A stretch of 64,000 nt of DNA, from positions 62,001 to 126,000 of the forward strand of contig CP120463.1 of assembly GCA_034226945.1 (NCBI GenBank), given 5' to 3'. Below, piece by piece: positions 23,118 through 34,731 of this stretch. The position numbers were made by a program, and so were the translations under genes. The stretch is from Picochlorum sp. SENEW3 (taxonomy: Eukaryota). Each line of letters starts with the position of its first letter. The first letter of the stretch is position 1. Below the pieces are notes generated by a model. It made no database searches. It was given only the letters and a program-made list of their open reading frames with translations, and was not told the origin of the DNA.

Positions 23118-23470
23118 GCAAGACCTGGATGATTCGAAACGCCGTTATAAGCATCGTCAGAATGATTTCTATGAACATGGAAACAACATACAATTACCCA
23201 TATGAGTTCTGAGATAGTTCAGTGCATTTGTATTGCTGAATATGCCGAGATTCGGTGCAGTTTGAGTTGTATTGGAAAATGGTTTCTTTCTTTTTTCTGA
23301 GTCGTACTGGAAAATGGTTGCGACAATGGACACTATTACTAACGCTCTACTGATAATATATTAAAAATTTTTCATTCATATATTTAGGTTTGTATCGTTG
23401 CATAGACAGATGAAGTCACGATCTCCTTGTTCAGTTTAGGGCAGAAATGTTGCACTAGATTGTTCATAGC

Positions 23471-25520
23471 CTACATGGCGTACACTCGAATCCAATCAAC
23501 CTCGAAGGATTTTGGTGTAGCAGATGACAGCGTTGCAGCTGCATTTGAGTATGGCACATTTCCAGTAAAGTGACCGCCAACTGCCATGTTTATGAGGATG
23601 TGGAAATTCTCATCAAATGGGGCTGTTGTGCTGGGCTCTGCTCCATTTATAGGAATGCTATACCATCCATTGCTGGTTCCACAGCCTGATTTTGTGGATA
23701 AAAACCATTTACTATTCAAGTACCATCTCATAGAGATGTTGTCCCAGTAAAATGTCACCCGGTGCCATGTGTTGGGTGAGAAGGCAGTGGATTTGCCATA
23801 GAATGTGTTACCTGGCCATGTTCCTCCATAATGGATTGTTCCGTGGGCTTTCGACATGTCATTTGATGATTCAAAAATGTCTATCTCGCCACTCGCTGCC
23901 CATTCTCCATATTTGCGATCTGTCGGAAGTAGCCATAGGGCAGGCCATAATCCCTCCCCATCACTAACTTTGATTCTGGCCTCTATTTTGATTAGCCCAT
24001 ACGAGGATATAGCAGGGCCGGTCTCGAACTTTCCTATTGTTGTGAGGCGAGCAGAAGAGAATTCAATCTTGTCGCATTTTGAGAGGCATTCAACATTGTC
24101 AAGGGTGCATCGTCCTCTGCAATACTGTCGGAGATTTTCCAGGTGCTCGCCAGTCTCATATTTAGGCTCGATGACAAGTTTTCCATCTCTAACATACGAA
24201 TATCTAGATGAATTGCTGTAATATTGAAATTCTCCATTTCCCCACTGACAAATACCAAACTCGCATCCATCACCTTGCATGTGGCTCCACTTTGACATAT
24301 CCAATGAATCTCCATCAAATTCGTCTGAAAAGAGCAATTTCCAACGCGCAAGCTTCCTCGGATACTTGGTGCATGATGGTTCTGTTTTTTTATCTATTGT
24401 CATCTGAGTATCTTTTGTGCATGATGAGTATTCCTTTTGGATGAGATTACATGGTGTGATGGCACACTCTGACAAGGCTTTGTCTAAGAATGCCTGATCC
24501 CATCCATTCATGAAATCTCCATGAAACAATGGCTCCCCATTATTTGTAAACTGATTTGACACTCCTGGGTACATCAACTTCCAGCCCTTGTCAAAATATT
24601 CCGCCATTAAGGCTGTGTCGTATATCACTTCGTAAAATAGGGTGGGAATCCTCACAGGATGCGATGCTGGGCAGGAGGACCCAGCCCAGCTCCCTATTGG
24701 ATATGCGACGTGAGATGAATGATCTTCTGAGTCTGATCTTACACCATCCCAGCAGGATGGAAAGGTCAACTGTGTTCGTAAACCACCTGAACATAATGCA
24801 GGATTGCTAGGGAATCCAGCAGTATCCATCTCATCACCATGGTGCAGACATTTGTACGTCACTGGCATATCGTGCACATTGAAGGAGGCATCACTTTTTT
24901 CCTTGATCAAAGTCTCTGATGCATGCATCTTGAAGTCCTCTGGAAATGCAGCAATGTTTTCCCAAGCCTGGCTGTTGTCCAATTTCTCTCCTCGCTCAGT
25001 AATCAGTTTGTAATAGATAATAAATGAGTTTCCCTTCACTTGAGGAACGGTTATGCCGCCTCTGGCTTTGATATCTTCCTCAGAAAGGCCCACAGCTTCT
25101 CCAGGGGCAACCCAGAGTTGTGAAGTCCAGTAGGCAGACTTGTCCTCCCTCACATCACATGATGTACAATGCTCTGCATCAAACCACACAATGAGGTGAT
25201 CAGGGCATTCAATATCTATAAATCGCTCTGTCGTAGACGTCGGATAACTGTCTGTCACGCAATATGTGTCGGGAAGCTGCTATAGCAGCTATTTACGTAC
25301 CATCCCCTCTGATGCTGGCGCTGGTTGCGCTTGGCCCGAAGCCACTAGATCCAGCAACGACGTGTGTATGGGTTGTATTTGGCTGACCAAAAGATGTGAT
25401 AGGATCTGAATTTTCTGTTGTTGAGAGCCTACAATCCAGGGTCCAATAACCTTGAACGCCAAGGTGAAACGTTTGAACCAGGACGCTTGCTACCACCAGC
25501 AAAACGCGTCTATGAAGCAT
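23471..25520 (-). CDS. Secreted DUF1996 + GH16 (laminarinase-type beta-1,3-glucanase) fusion; 2 exons (25520-25301, 25173-23471)
   Basis: Signal peptide; DUF1996 motifs (DPI..G...HTH...G, CTSC...DKSAYW, FPSCWDG..DSEDHSSHVAYP, CPASHPV.IP.LFYE, HGDFMNGWD); GH16 motifs (LLFSDEFDG, WGNGEFQYY, GLWPALWLLP, SGEIDIFE, PFD..FH.LINMAVGG, VDWIRVY). The intron 25300-25174 joins in frame. Confidence 0.88.
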
Positions 25521-25881
25521 CTTTTGCGCATGCACTCTGCTCTAGACTAACATACATGAAAGAATAATACTTAGAGATATTGAACAAAAAATTTTGTTGT
25601 CCCAGGGTGGGAGCATTGCCGACAATCTAGTACATGTCAACAATGCATGCTCCTGTGATCACATCCAGCAGCGCGTGCCAGCTGTACAGCCAGTGGCCAC
25701 CCATGGGTGGAACCTTGAGATATTTACAAAGAAGTAGCAGATATGCAAGCTATCGAGACACAATCTTCACAGCGCCTATAAATAACAGTTTTAGGCTCTA
25801 TTACATGTTGATTTCGGTGAGCATAAGTCTGGACAGACTGTTTTGGAGATGTTGTGATTCTCCATGTGATACAGTCTCTAT

Positions 25882-27612
25882 CTAAATAGATATTCTAATA
25901 CCTTGCTGGTGCATAATAGCCCTACATGAGTCAATATGGCCATAATATGCAGATATATGGAGTGGAGTATACCCTCCCTCTGGGTCTGTGGCATAGCTAT
26001 CTGCTCCAGCATCTAGCAGATGGCCAACAATTTCGCCATAGCCATGTAAACAGGCATACATCAGCGGTGTTCTACCTTTCTGATCCTGAACATTCGGATC
26101 TGCGCCGAAACATAGAAGAGCGCATACAATATCGCGATTGCCCTTGGCTACTGCTCTCACCAAGGGTGGGCTAGATTTGCTGCTTGCCCTGTCAATATCA
26201 CACCCTGCCTCCAAGAGCTTCTCCACAATTGACGTCATTGAATTACTGACAGCGTAATCCAGTGCAGATGCGCCATCTTTATCGGTGCATTCAAGCTGTT
26301 CCTTTGTACTGGCCTTGATTAGAGCCCCCATGATATCTTTTGAAGCGCATCTTTTCAAAATGCACATCATGACAGCATTTCTGCCATGCTCATCTTTTAT
26401 CCCAATATCAGCTCCGGACTGGAGCATCATCTTTGCTGTGTTCGTAAGGCCTGTGGTAGCAGCCAGCACAAATGGTGTAACCCCCAACTTGTGCACTATG
26501 GCATCCATCTTGGCCCCACATTCAATTAATTTCTCTGCCATGTCTTCCTTCTTTGCAAGGAGAGCATACACCAAGGGACTTTTTCCTTCCAAACAGACTG
26601 CATTAATGTCTGCACCCGCCTCTAACAAGACATCAAGTAGATGAATATGGCCCATTTCTACTGACACAATCAGTGGAGTCTTCCCCCTATCATCATGCAC
26701 ATGAACCGAGGCACCTGCCTCAATCAGACACTCGACAATATATTCATCTCCTGTATAGCATGAGTACATCAAAGGAGTCATGCCAACCTGATCATGGATG
26801 TTTACATCAGGTAGCTTGGACATGATCTCTTCAAACAATCCTAGATGTCCATGCGCAATAGCTTTTGTCAGTTTTTCCAGCCCGTCCGAATCCAATAACA
26901 CTCTTTCTCGGTTATTATGTTGATCATTTACTTCTGGATCCTCTCGTGCAGCATCAAGCACAAGACCCTCCTTTTCTGATGACATATCCGCATCCAACAC
27001 AGTAGCTTTACTATTGTCCCCTTCATTTGCAGGCTCCATACTACTCTCGCTTTCTGATCCCTCCCCATGCCCTTCTAATGGATTAATATTGCTATTATCA
27101 ACTCCTGCTTTGATATTTTCCTCCTCCTTCTCTTCTACACCTTGTTCTACTAACTGCTCTTCTCCTGACGATTCCTCCTCCTCTTCTGCTTCCTCCTCTT
27201 CTTCTTCTCCTTCGCTCAAGTCGCTTGCTTCAATGACTAGCTGCTCTGCATCTACTTCCTCTTCTTGCAACAGCACTTCGTGCGCTCCTTCTTGGCCATC
27301 AGACAACCCATTCATATCCTCATCCACTTCAGAATGATGCACCTCAGAATCATCCTCGGAATCAAAAGGAAACACAAGACCCCTTCCAATCTGACCCAAA
27401 AGTCCCCTACCCTGAGGCATCCACAAACACTCCGCCGCATCAGCTGCAGCAGCATGGTGATTCCAAGTATCTTTTTTCTTCACTTGACCCCCAATATCAT
27501 CTCCACGACGACGACCAACCACATCATATCCAACATCCAATCGCTTTTGCTTCCGAGAATCCAGGTCCCGCTCTTCCTGGCGACGCTTCCCATGACGTTT
27601 TCCTCTTCCCAT
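25882..27612 (-). CDS. Ankyrin-repeat protein with basic NLS-like N-terminus and long acidic region
   Basis: MGRGKRHGKRR start, poly-Glu tract, then ankyrin repeats (GMTPLMYSC, GKTPLIVSV, GRTPLMYAC, GYTPLHISA). A further 3' exon is possible. Confidence 0.85.
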   Translation of the reverse strand: MGRGKRHGKRRQEERDLDSRKQKRLDVGYDVVGRRRGDDIGGQVKKKDTWNHHAAAADAAECLWMPQGRGLLGQIGRGLVFPFDSEDDSEVHHSEVDEDMNGLSDGQEGAHEVLLQEEEVDAEQLVIEASDLSEGEEEEEEAEEEEESSGEEQLVEQGVEEKEEENIKAGVDNSNINPLEGHGEGSESESSMEPANEGDNSKATVLDADMSSEKEGLVLDAAREDPEVNDQHNNRERVLLDSDGLEKLTKAIAHGHLGLFEEIMSKLPDVNIHDQVGMTPLMYSCYTGDEYIVECLIEAGASVHVHDDRGKTPLIVSVEMGHIHLLDVLLEAGADINAVCLEGKSPLVYALLAKKEDMAEKLIECGAKMDAIVHKLGVTPFVLAATTGLTNTAKMMLQSGADIGIKDEHGRNAVMMCILKRCASKDIMGALIKASTKEQLECTDKDGASALDYAVSNSMTSIVEKLLEAGCDIDRASSKSSPPLVRAVAKGNRDIVCALLCFGADPNVQDQKGRTPLMYACLHGYGEIVGHLLDAGADSYATDPEGGYTPLHISAYYGHIDSCRAIMHQQGIRISI

Positions 27613-27945
27613 ACTTGTATATCTTTTTTCAGACGTTGTTATAAATGCGCACTCGCCCCCGATGTACTGATACCCGGTCAAACCCAATTGAGCCACGCAG
27701 TGGGTACTCTCTTGCCAACGCGCATACGACGATAGATGGCCGTATCGATTGATATATATTAAACACAAACAACAATTATAATAATAAAATACTGGTAGGT
27801 CTACCATCAGTATGGCCGTATCAAGATCCCCCGCAGACAGGATTCCACGCGTGATTTCAAATTTGAATTTTCAAATGCCAAGAATCGCCGAATTCGACGT
27901 GGACCCTCTCGAGTTAGAGAGAGATCGTCCACAGCAAGAAGACTG

Positions 27946-28173
27946 TCATCGAGTGCGTCTCTCATCTTCCTTCTTCGCCCTGAGTTGCTCTCGTAACGCC
28001 CCCAATTCCTGCTCAAGACCAGTTGCAACCTCTCCCACGACACGGTCTGACACGTCTAACGTCGCCTCCGTCCTTGCATGGGATCCATTCAACTCCTTCT
28101 TTGCTTGTTCAACTGTTTCCAACAGCATGCGGCACGTAGCACTGTACTGAGCATTCCCATTTGCTTTGTCCAT
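27946..28173 (-). CDS. Small coiled-coil hypothetical protein
   Basis: 75-aa ATG ORF with heptad-like composition, preceded by a probable splice acceptor (ttggcag). Confidence 0.45.
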   Translation of the reverse strand: MDKANGNAQYSATCRMLLETVEQAKKELNGSHARTEATLDVSDRVVGEVATGLEQELGALREQLRAKKEDERRTR

Positions 28174-28486
28174 GCTAAACTACCTGCCAAGGGGGACAGG
28201 TCGAGGTTGCTCACGTGCTGATGAAACACACTCTTTCTTTCTTTCTTTCTCTCTCTCTCGTCCAACAGAGAAGAAGGGTATTTGTTGTGTGACCCATTGA
28301 TTCTTATGCTGGATGAAGGACTCTCTCAGAACCAGTAGTTGTATCGAGTTACCTTATCGGTCAAAGGATGCCTTTGACAGTACTACCAATGGATTGAATC
28401 AGCATCTGAAAGTGTACTCTAGGAGAATCGCTACAGTGTTGTATGCCATCCGATTTGATACTTGATCTTAGTCAGGAATAGTAATA

Positions 28487-29098
28487 ATGTCGCTACGAGT
28501 TCTGTTGCGGAGAGAATGCTCACAGGCGAGGCAGTGGCATTCATTTCTCTGGTTGCGACAATCTGTAGAGGCGTATGAGACCAGTTTGCCGGTAGGGTTG
28601 TATCAGAATAGTTTTACAAATATTCAGCAGAGATGTTTGTCGATGGACGATGGTAGTAGATCGAAGGAGAGCAATTCATCCTCGGTGCTGTTTCATTCTA
28701 ACAAGGGCTTTAGGCGAATGTATCACAAGACGACGACTGGAATTGTTGGTTTGCCGATGGATGAGCAGGCTCGTGAGCATTTGAAGGAGAGGTTGGTAGG
28801 GGTGTTGCACGCCCTGGATGAGCACAGTATTCCAGCTACAGCAGCATATAGACGAGGGATTGAGGAGAGATGTACGGAAAAATTGAATGCGCTGTCATCT
28901 GAATCGTATACAGATGAAGAATTGGAGGGTTTGTTTGGGAGGCAGTTGGAACAGGAAATTAAAATGTGTGATGATGAGCTTGCTCTGATTCCCAAAATGG
29001 CAGAGTGGAAGCCCTGGGATGTGGATCCAGAGAGTCACACGATACGAGTGGTTGAAGATGTTGAGGAGGAACAAGAGGAGAAGAACTCGAGTGGTTAA
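28487..29098 (+). CDS. NDUFA5: NADH:ubiquinone oxidoreductase subunit NDUFA5 (B13)
   Basis: KTTTGIVGLP...IPATAAYRR...LEQEI....DELALIPKMAEWKPW, with a mitochondrial presequence-like N-terminus. Confidence 0.85.
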   Translation: MSLRVLLRRECSQARQWHSFLWLRQSVEAYETSLPVGLYQNSFTNIQQRCLSMDDGSRSKESNSSSVLFHSNKGFRRMYHKTTTGIVGLPMDEQAREHLKERLVGVLHALDEHSIPATAAYRRGIEERCTEKLNALSSESYTDEELEGLFGRQLEQEIKMCDDELALIPKMAEWKPWDVDPESHTIRVVEDVEEEQEEKNSSG

Positions 29099-29233
29099 TG
29101 GAGTTTGAGAGGTGGGAAAAAAAGCTCCTCCAGGTGATGATTGAGGAAGAACCGTGTTAGATATCTGTTGGTTTCAATGTTGTAAAAGAAGTATTACTTC
29201 AATCAAGTAAAAGCGGCCTAAACAAATAAACCA

Positions 29234-30204
29234 TTATGAAGATTTAATGGATGCAGATTTGATGATATCAATGAATTCAGGTTTCAGGGATGCCCCGCCC
29301 ACCAAGAAACCATCAATATCTGGTCGTCCTGCCAAATCAGCGCAATTCTTTGCATTCACGGAACCTCCGTAGATAATTCTCGTATTTGACGCAGCACCAT
29401 CTGATACAGCCTTTGACATCCATCCACGGAGATGTTCATGCACTTCCTGAGCCTGATCTGGTGTGGCCACCTTGCCTGTTCCGATGGCCCATACAGGCTC
29501 ATATGCCACAACAATATTGTTCCAATCCTCAGCAGAAATAGCATCAGCCAAGGCTTTCATTTGCCGCTCACACACAGCCGATGTGTTTCCAGCTTCGCGC
29601 TCCTCCAGCGTCTCCCCGATGCAGTACACCACAGACAATCCCTTGGACAATGCATAGACAACCTTGTCAGCAATCATCTGATCAGATTCACCGATGACGT
29701 GACGTCTCTCAGAATGTCCCAGGATCACCCATGACAAACCCATATCAGCAAGCATGTCTGCAGAAACCTCTCCTGTATACGCTCCATTCCCCTTTATCCA
29801 ACAATTCTGAGCAGAGACGACGAAATCTTTCCTCAAGGCAGACTGTGTCCGGGGAATATGTACAAATGTAGGAGCAACCAACACATCCACATTCTCAGGC
29901 ATCCCTTCCTTGGCATCATTCAACACCGTGATAAGAGCATCCACACTCTCCAGCGTCCCATTCTGCACACGGAAACAAGAAGCAATGATGATTTGGTTGG
30001 TCACCACATGTGTCTCTCTAATCATCAATCAGATGGAAAGATACCAACATGCTCTCTCATCACACTAGACGTACACATTTCCAGTTACCACCTGCATACA
30101 CATAATTATTGATTACAATCATTATCAATGGCTAAAGTTGCCATACTCTTGACTGTGATCACAGTCAGTTGAATCATCGTCGTACCCACGAAGAAACGCC
30201 TCAT
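29234..30204 (-). CDS. TPI: Triosephosphate isomerase, cytosolic; 3 exons (30204-30186, 30091-30075, 29962-29234)
   Basis: The spliced N-terminus reads MRRFFVGGNWKCNG; AQNC, GAYTGEVS, ILGHSERR, AYEPVWAIGTG, YGGSV, DGFLVGGASL. Confidence 0.96.
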
Positions 30205-32609
30205 AGTGTCAATATCTGTGATCCTTTTGGTATTAAGTAAGATTTCAATGGATAGTGTGTAATTATTACTTCCGGTTTTGTATCGTATAATTGTATACCC
30301 TACCCATTTGCCTGGCCATGGCCATGCAAGTCTCGCGAACTAGTCCCAAGGTCTCCTTATACCCCCGTCTGAGGCCGGTGCCCGACCGGCCAATGGGACT
30401 GACGATGATACATGGAGAGGGTCAGTCATTGTGTGCATTGATTGACAATTAATATAGATGCAGGGAAGAGGAAGAGACAGCAGCCTGTCCATGACTGACA
30501 TCTGACATCTAGATGACCTCGTGCTCTTCAAAGCTCGCGCCCAAAGGATGGGCCATGTTTGTTATCAAAAAGGGGGTGGTCTCCATTTTGCATGTGTCCT
30601 CCTAGTGGCACGTCTTTTGACTATTTGGGTTTGAACAGGCGTACTTTGGATTTGATTTCCCTGTCGTGATTGATTCTGCACCTCTTCGTGTACGTCGTTC
30701 TTTCCTGTATTTCACAGTACAGTCCCCATACTCCTCACCTTGGGAGTTCCATATGACCAGTCTTACAATATCATCCACCGCCATGAAAAGGTTAAATCTT
30801 TTTACCTTAAACATTCCAAGTATCAGATATATGTTCCAGTCAAATTATTGCCTTTCTGTGAAGTGTCAGCTGGCCGCATCGTAGCACGTTCACTCTCCTG
30901 TCACCAGGTGGTGCCCAGTCAACCTTTGAGGTCAAGGTCGACTATCGCGAAGATTAGTAACAATATCCTCCTCATCTTTGAGCCTTTCTGTGAGCCTTTT
31001 GAACCCTATACCCTGTTATCCTCGACGATGAAGAAGACATGGTCTGGTGTCGACATGCGAAAGCCCTCGACAGCTGGACACAGATAAACACCAGTACTTC
31101 TCTAGGTCTCGTTCGTCGATCGAAACACTATTCACACCGAGAAGTTTGTGATACTAAAAATTTCTAGGGACGCACCCTTCAAGATCCCAAAGAGAATGCA
31201 TATATGTATGATTTTACATCAATGCCCCTTCACCAGGCCGCTTGATCAAGCGTGGTACCTGCAGGTACCACAGGTGTGGTGGGGTACCCAGGGCTCCGTC
31301 AGAAGAAATAAGAAACAAAACAAACGAGACAAAGACAAAACTAAAGACAAACTACAATCATAATCTGCTCGAGATTTTAAAACTCCACTTGAAATGAAAC
31401 TGAGGCTCTAAAGAGTATCGAAAGTCGCTCACCCAGGTTCTATGCAAAAAGTTAAACATGGTATCGGCATATTGTGAACCACGTGAGACAGACTACCAAA
31501 GCAAAGGGCACACATCCATCACGTTATCGATTTACTGTGGACGGAAAAAGGCGACACCAGAGGAGAGATCTGCCAGCACTGTGCTTCCTGTGACCACTGA
31601 AGAGGGGCTGAAGAAGCCATAGAGGGAGATCCTGCCTCCAAAACGTGTGTGTAACACTCTAAAATGGATACGCATACCTTGCGGGTCAGGTGTAGCTAAT
31701 CATCAATGGATTGGACTCTTTGGTCACGCTGAGCCTTGTATATGATCTTCCTAACTGTATCAATACTGTACGTCGTGGCAATGCATATCAAGGCCCAAGC
31801 ATCCAAGGGATAATTGCCCCAGATGATGAACCATCCATATGGATCTAATAATATCTTGAGCTGCCTGTAGATCTACCTGAAATAAGGTGCTGCATAAGGA
31901 GAGGGCTATGGGGCAATGGTAAAAGAAATGCGCTAAATGTGTACGGTCGTTCGAGATTCCATCGTTCTTCAATCACTCGTGGTTGTGGGCGCACAGTACG
32001 AAATCATGACAAGGATGTTTGACAGAGTCGAGGAAAATATGAGAATTCCGGTCTTCACACAAGACTCGATGACCTGACGCCTCTCAATTTTTGAAATCAG
32101 TGAGACGCTCCACGCTCCCTTCTGTCTCTATGCTTGATTTCCTGGGTTCCTTACGACAGTAAAATCCAATGTGAAATGATTTTCCGTCGCAAAATGGGGC
32201 TTTTGAGCGCTGGCGCCCCGGGAGAAGACGCCTCCCCAGTGAACTGAATACTACGAATTCCGAACATCTCTTCTCAAAGGGGAAACCGGGCCGTGCCTTG
32301 CGAACGGGGCACTGCCAATGTCTCCGTATGTAATCATGTGATCGGTATGACTGTGACGAGGGAACTGACGTGTCATCGCTCACGTCCCGTTGGCCAATTC
32401 TGCCCGCAGCAAGATATTGGCACGGTGCAGCTTGCGCAAGCAAAGAAATCAACGATTCTGTGACCGTGGAGGAACGCCAGTTTTTTTGGCTGGGTGCCTG
32501 TCCAGACGTCTGGATTATGGAATACATCCGTAACCATGAGATGAGCCATCTCGAGTGATTGAGATTTCTTACATGTGGAATACAAAAAAACATATCAACA
32601 GGTGGTGGA

Positions 32610-33053
32610 TTACAAATACGAACAAGAAACTTCGGGTTCGATGATATTTCCAGCAGGGTCCATGCAATTGGCACGTTTACAATCTTCTGCAGATAGTTTG
32701 AATACATTTCCCTCTGTCCACACAAATGCGTAAATACGTTTGAGAGGAATCATCTTCTTTTTCCCGAAGCATTTGCACTCTGGATTATTGCATGTTTCTT
32801 CTACCATTGTTTTCTCAAATACCCTCACTGTAAGTGTCATAGGATCTGAAATACGCTGAATCGATGATAACCTTTTATATGTCATTGTTTCGTATACCAC
32901 ACGACCATTCTTCAAGTCTACTCGAATGTCTAAATCTCCCGTCTTTATACGATTTCCTGATATGGCAAAAAATGTTATTTTTCCATTCTCACCTTTTCCC
33001 ATGACATCACGAAGCGCATTGTGAAGATTATTGTACGTCTTTTCATAATCCAT
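32610..33053 (-). CDS. Orphan AT-rich ORF (MDYEKTYNNL...), Cys-containing C-terminus
   Basis: About 147 aa from the internal ATG, protein-like composition. Family not recognised. Confidence 0.4.
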   Translation of the reverse strand: MDYEKTYNNLHNALRDVMGKGENGKITFFAISGNRIKTGDLDIRVDLKNGRVVYETMTYKRLSSIQRISDPMTLTVRVFEKTMVEETCNNPECKCFGKKKMIPLKRIYAFVWTEGNVFKLSAEDCKRANCMDPAGNIIEPEVSCSYL

Positions 33054-33489
33054 TGTAGCTAACGTTGTTGACTTGTAAGAAACTTTTTCTTTCTTTTTTT
33101 GAAATGGCATCTGCTCTCGCGAATGCAAATATAGAAATTTGTGTTCTAATATTCTGACTTTCTTTTTTTGTCCCGACCTATTGTAGGGCCTATTCGATCG
33201 ATGGGGTTGAGCAGGAATAGGGTGAGACAGCAAACCTAGCCATGAGGCCTCATGGCAATGCATGGAGTTGATATTCTGCGAGAATACTTCTCAGACCCAT
33301 ATTGAGAAAAATATCTCGCCGCATTTTCGTAATTACCTATATAAACGACGGTCGCGAAGAAAAATACATTCTCTGTGGTACTAAAGATAGTATTCGGATG
33401 AAACGCACAACCACGCCAATCGTCCAACCCTTGGTCTCGTCGTCTCGTATTATTAGAATTAAAATACTATAGTAGAGTTTACATACGAA

Positions 33490-34253
33490 TCACAATTCCA
33501 TTAAGGGATCGCCGGTGGTGCTGCTGCGCGTGCGGTTGGTATATTCATGCATTTCTCTCTCCCAGTTGCCCATGGTCACTTCAAACACCACGACATGCTC
33601 CAGCTTGTCCTTGGATATAAACAAGACCACCCCCTTGGGCTGAGCGCCCGAGTCTACCTGCAAGAGTTCGGATACCTGCATAAGATGCAATCTCAACATT
33701 ATGAGATCCTTGCAGTGCTTTGGAAGCGCCTCTGGTTGTACTCCGTCGCTCAGCTCCTAAATATCCATCGGGATGACTCGCTCCTCCTTTGATATACCAG
33801 CCTTTGGAAGAATTATTGCTGATGGGCGCGCAACAATATATGGATACTTCTCATGTGGTACAAATCCATGAGAGCACAAGACATACTCTGGCAGTTCACT
33901 CAGTGAGACAAAGTCGTTTCCATTGGACACGGCGATCCCCGCCTTGTCCCTCAAGAACCACCTCAGATAAAGATCCAAATTGTCGTTTGTGAATGCTGAA
34001 ATCGGCTTGTGGTGCTTGTGCGCCTGCCGCAACCGTCTGTAATATGGCTTCATAGAAATGGTGAAATATCTGCCACTTCCAATCTGCACCTCATGAGCTC
34101 AGAGTACGGACCTGCTCCCATTTCCTCAACTATAGCGTTGTTAGAGTCACGAACATTCCACGGAACGATACAAAGATCCCTGAGTTGCCTATCTTGGGTC
34201 TCTGACCATGAACTGGGGCGCTCGATCCCCGTCTCTTCTACATGTTCAGACAT
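33490..34253 (-). pseudogene. Probable decayed gene of unknown family (one frameshift, one in-frame stop)
   Basis: ORFs 34089-33757 and 33699-33490 are in the same frame, separated by a single TAG at 33759-33757. ORF 34253-34050 supplies an ATG start in another frame, implying a shift near 34095. Confidence 0.4.
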
Positions 34254-34731
34254 GGCGAATTCTTAAAAACGATTATATGATAGTAATCACAGATAGTATT
34301 TATCTGTCGCAATGCTTTGCAGCGTACGGAGATTTTACCCGCGATTCGAAATTTGAACTCCCTATCCGGGAGGCCCTCATTTGGGGGGCTCAAAATCGCC
34401 AGTTTTGGAGGGTCCAAATCCGGGCCTCCGAATTCCGTAGCGTACGTCCCATTGCCTTGCACCGGTGTCAACCAGTTCTTAAAACCCCAGTCATATGGAT
34501 ATCCATCGTTTGTCTGGGGTTTACCAGGCATTGAGGGGATATAATTATTGTGACAAGACCTTGCGTGTCTACGAGGCACTGAAAGAAGGCGTCTCTGTTC
34601 AAAAGAACGGTGGTCTGAATTTTGGTTTATAGGGCAGTGATATGCTCCAATTCGATGTAGGGTTGCATTATGTACATCTACGAAACTTTGTCAATTTATA
34701 GAGCCTGGGATTCTGGCTTCAGAGCGTTGTG

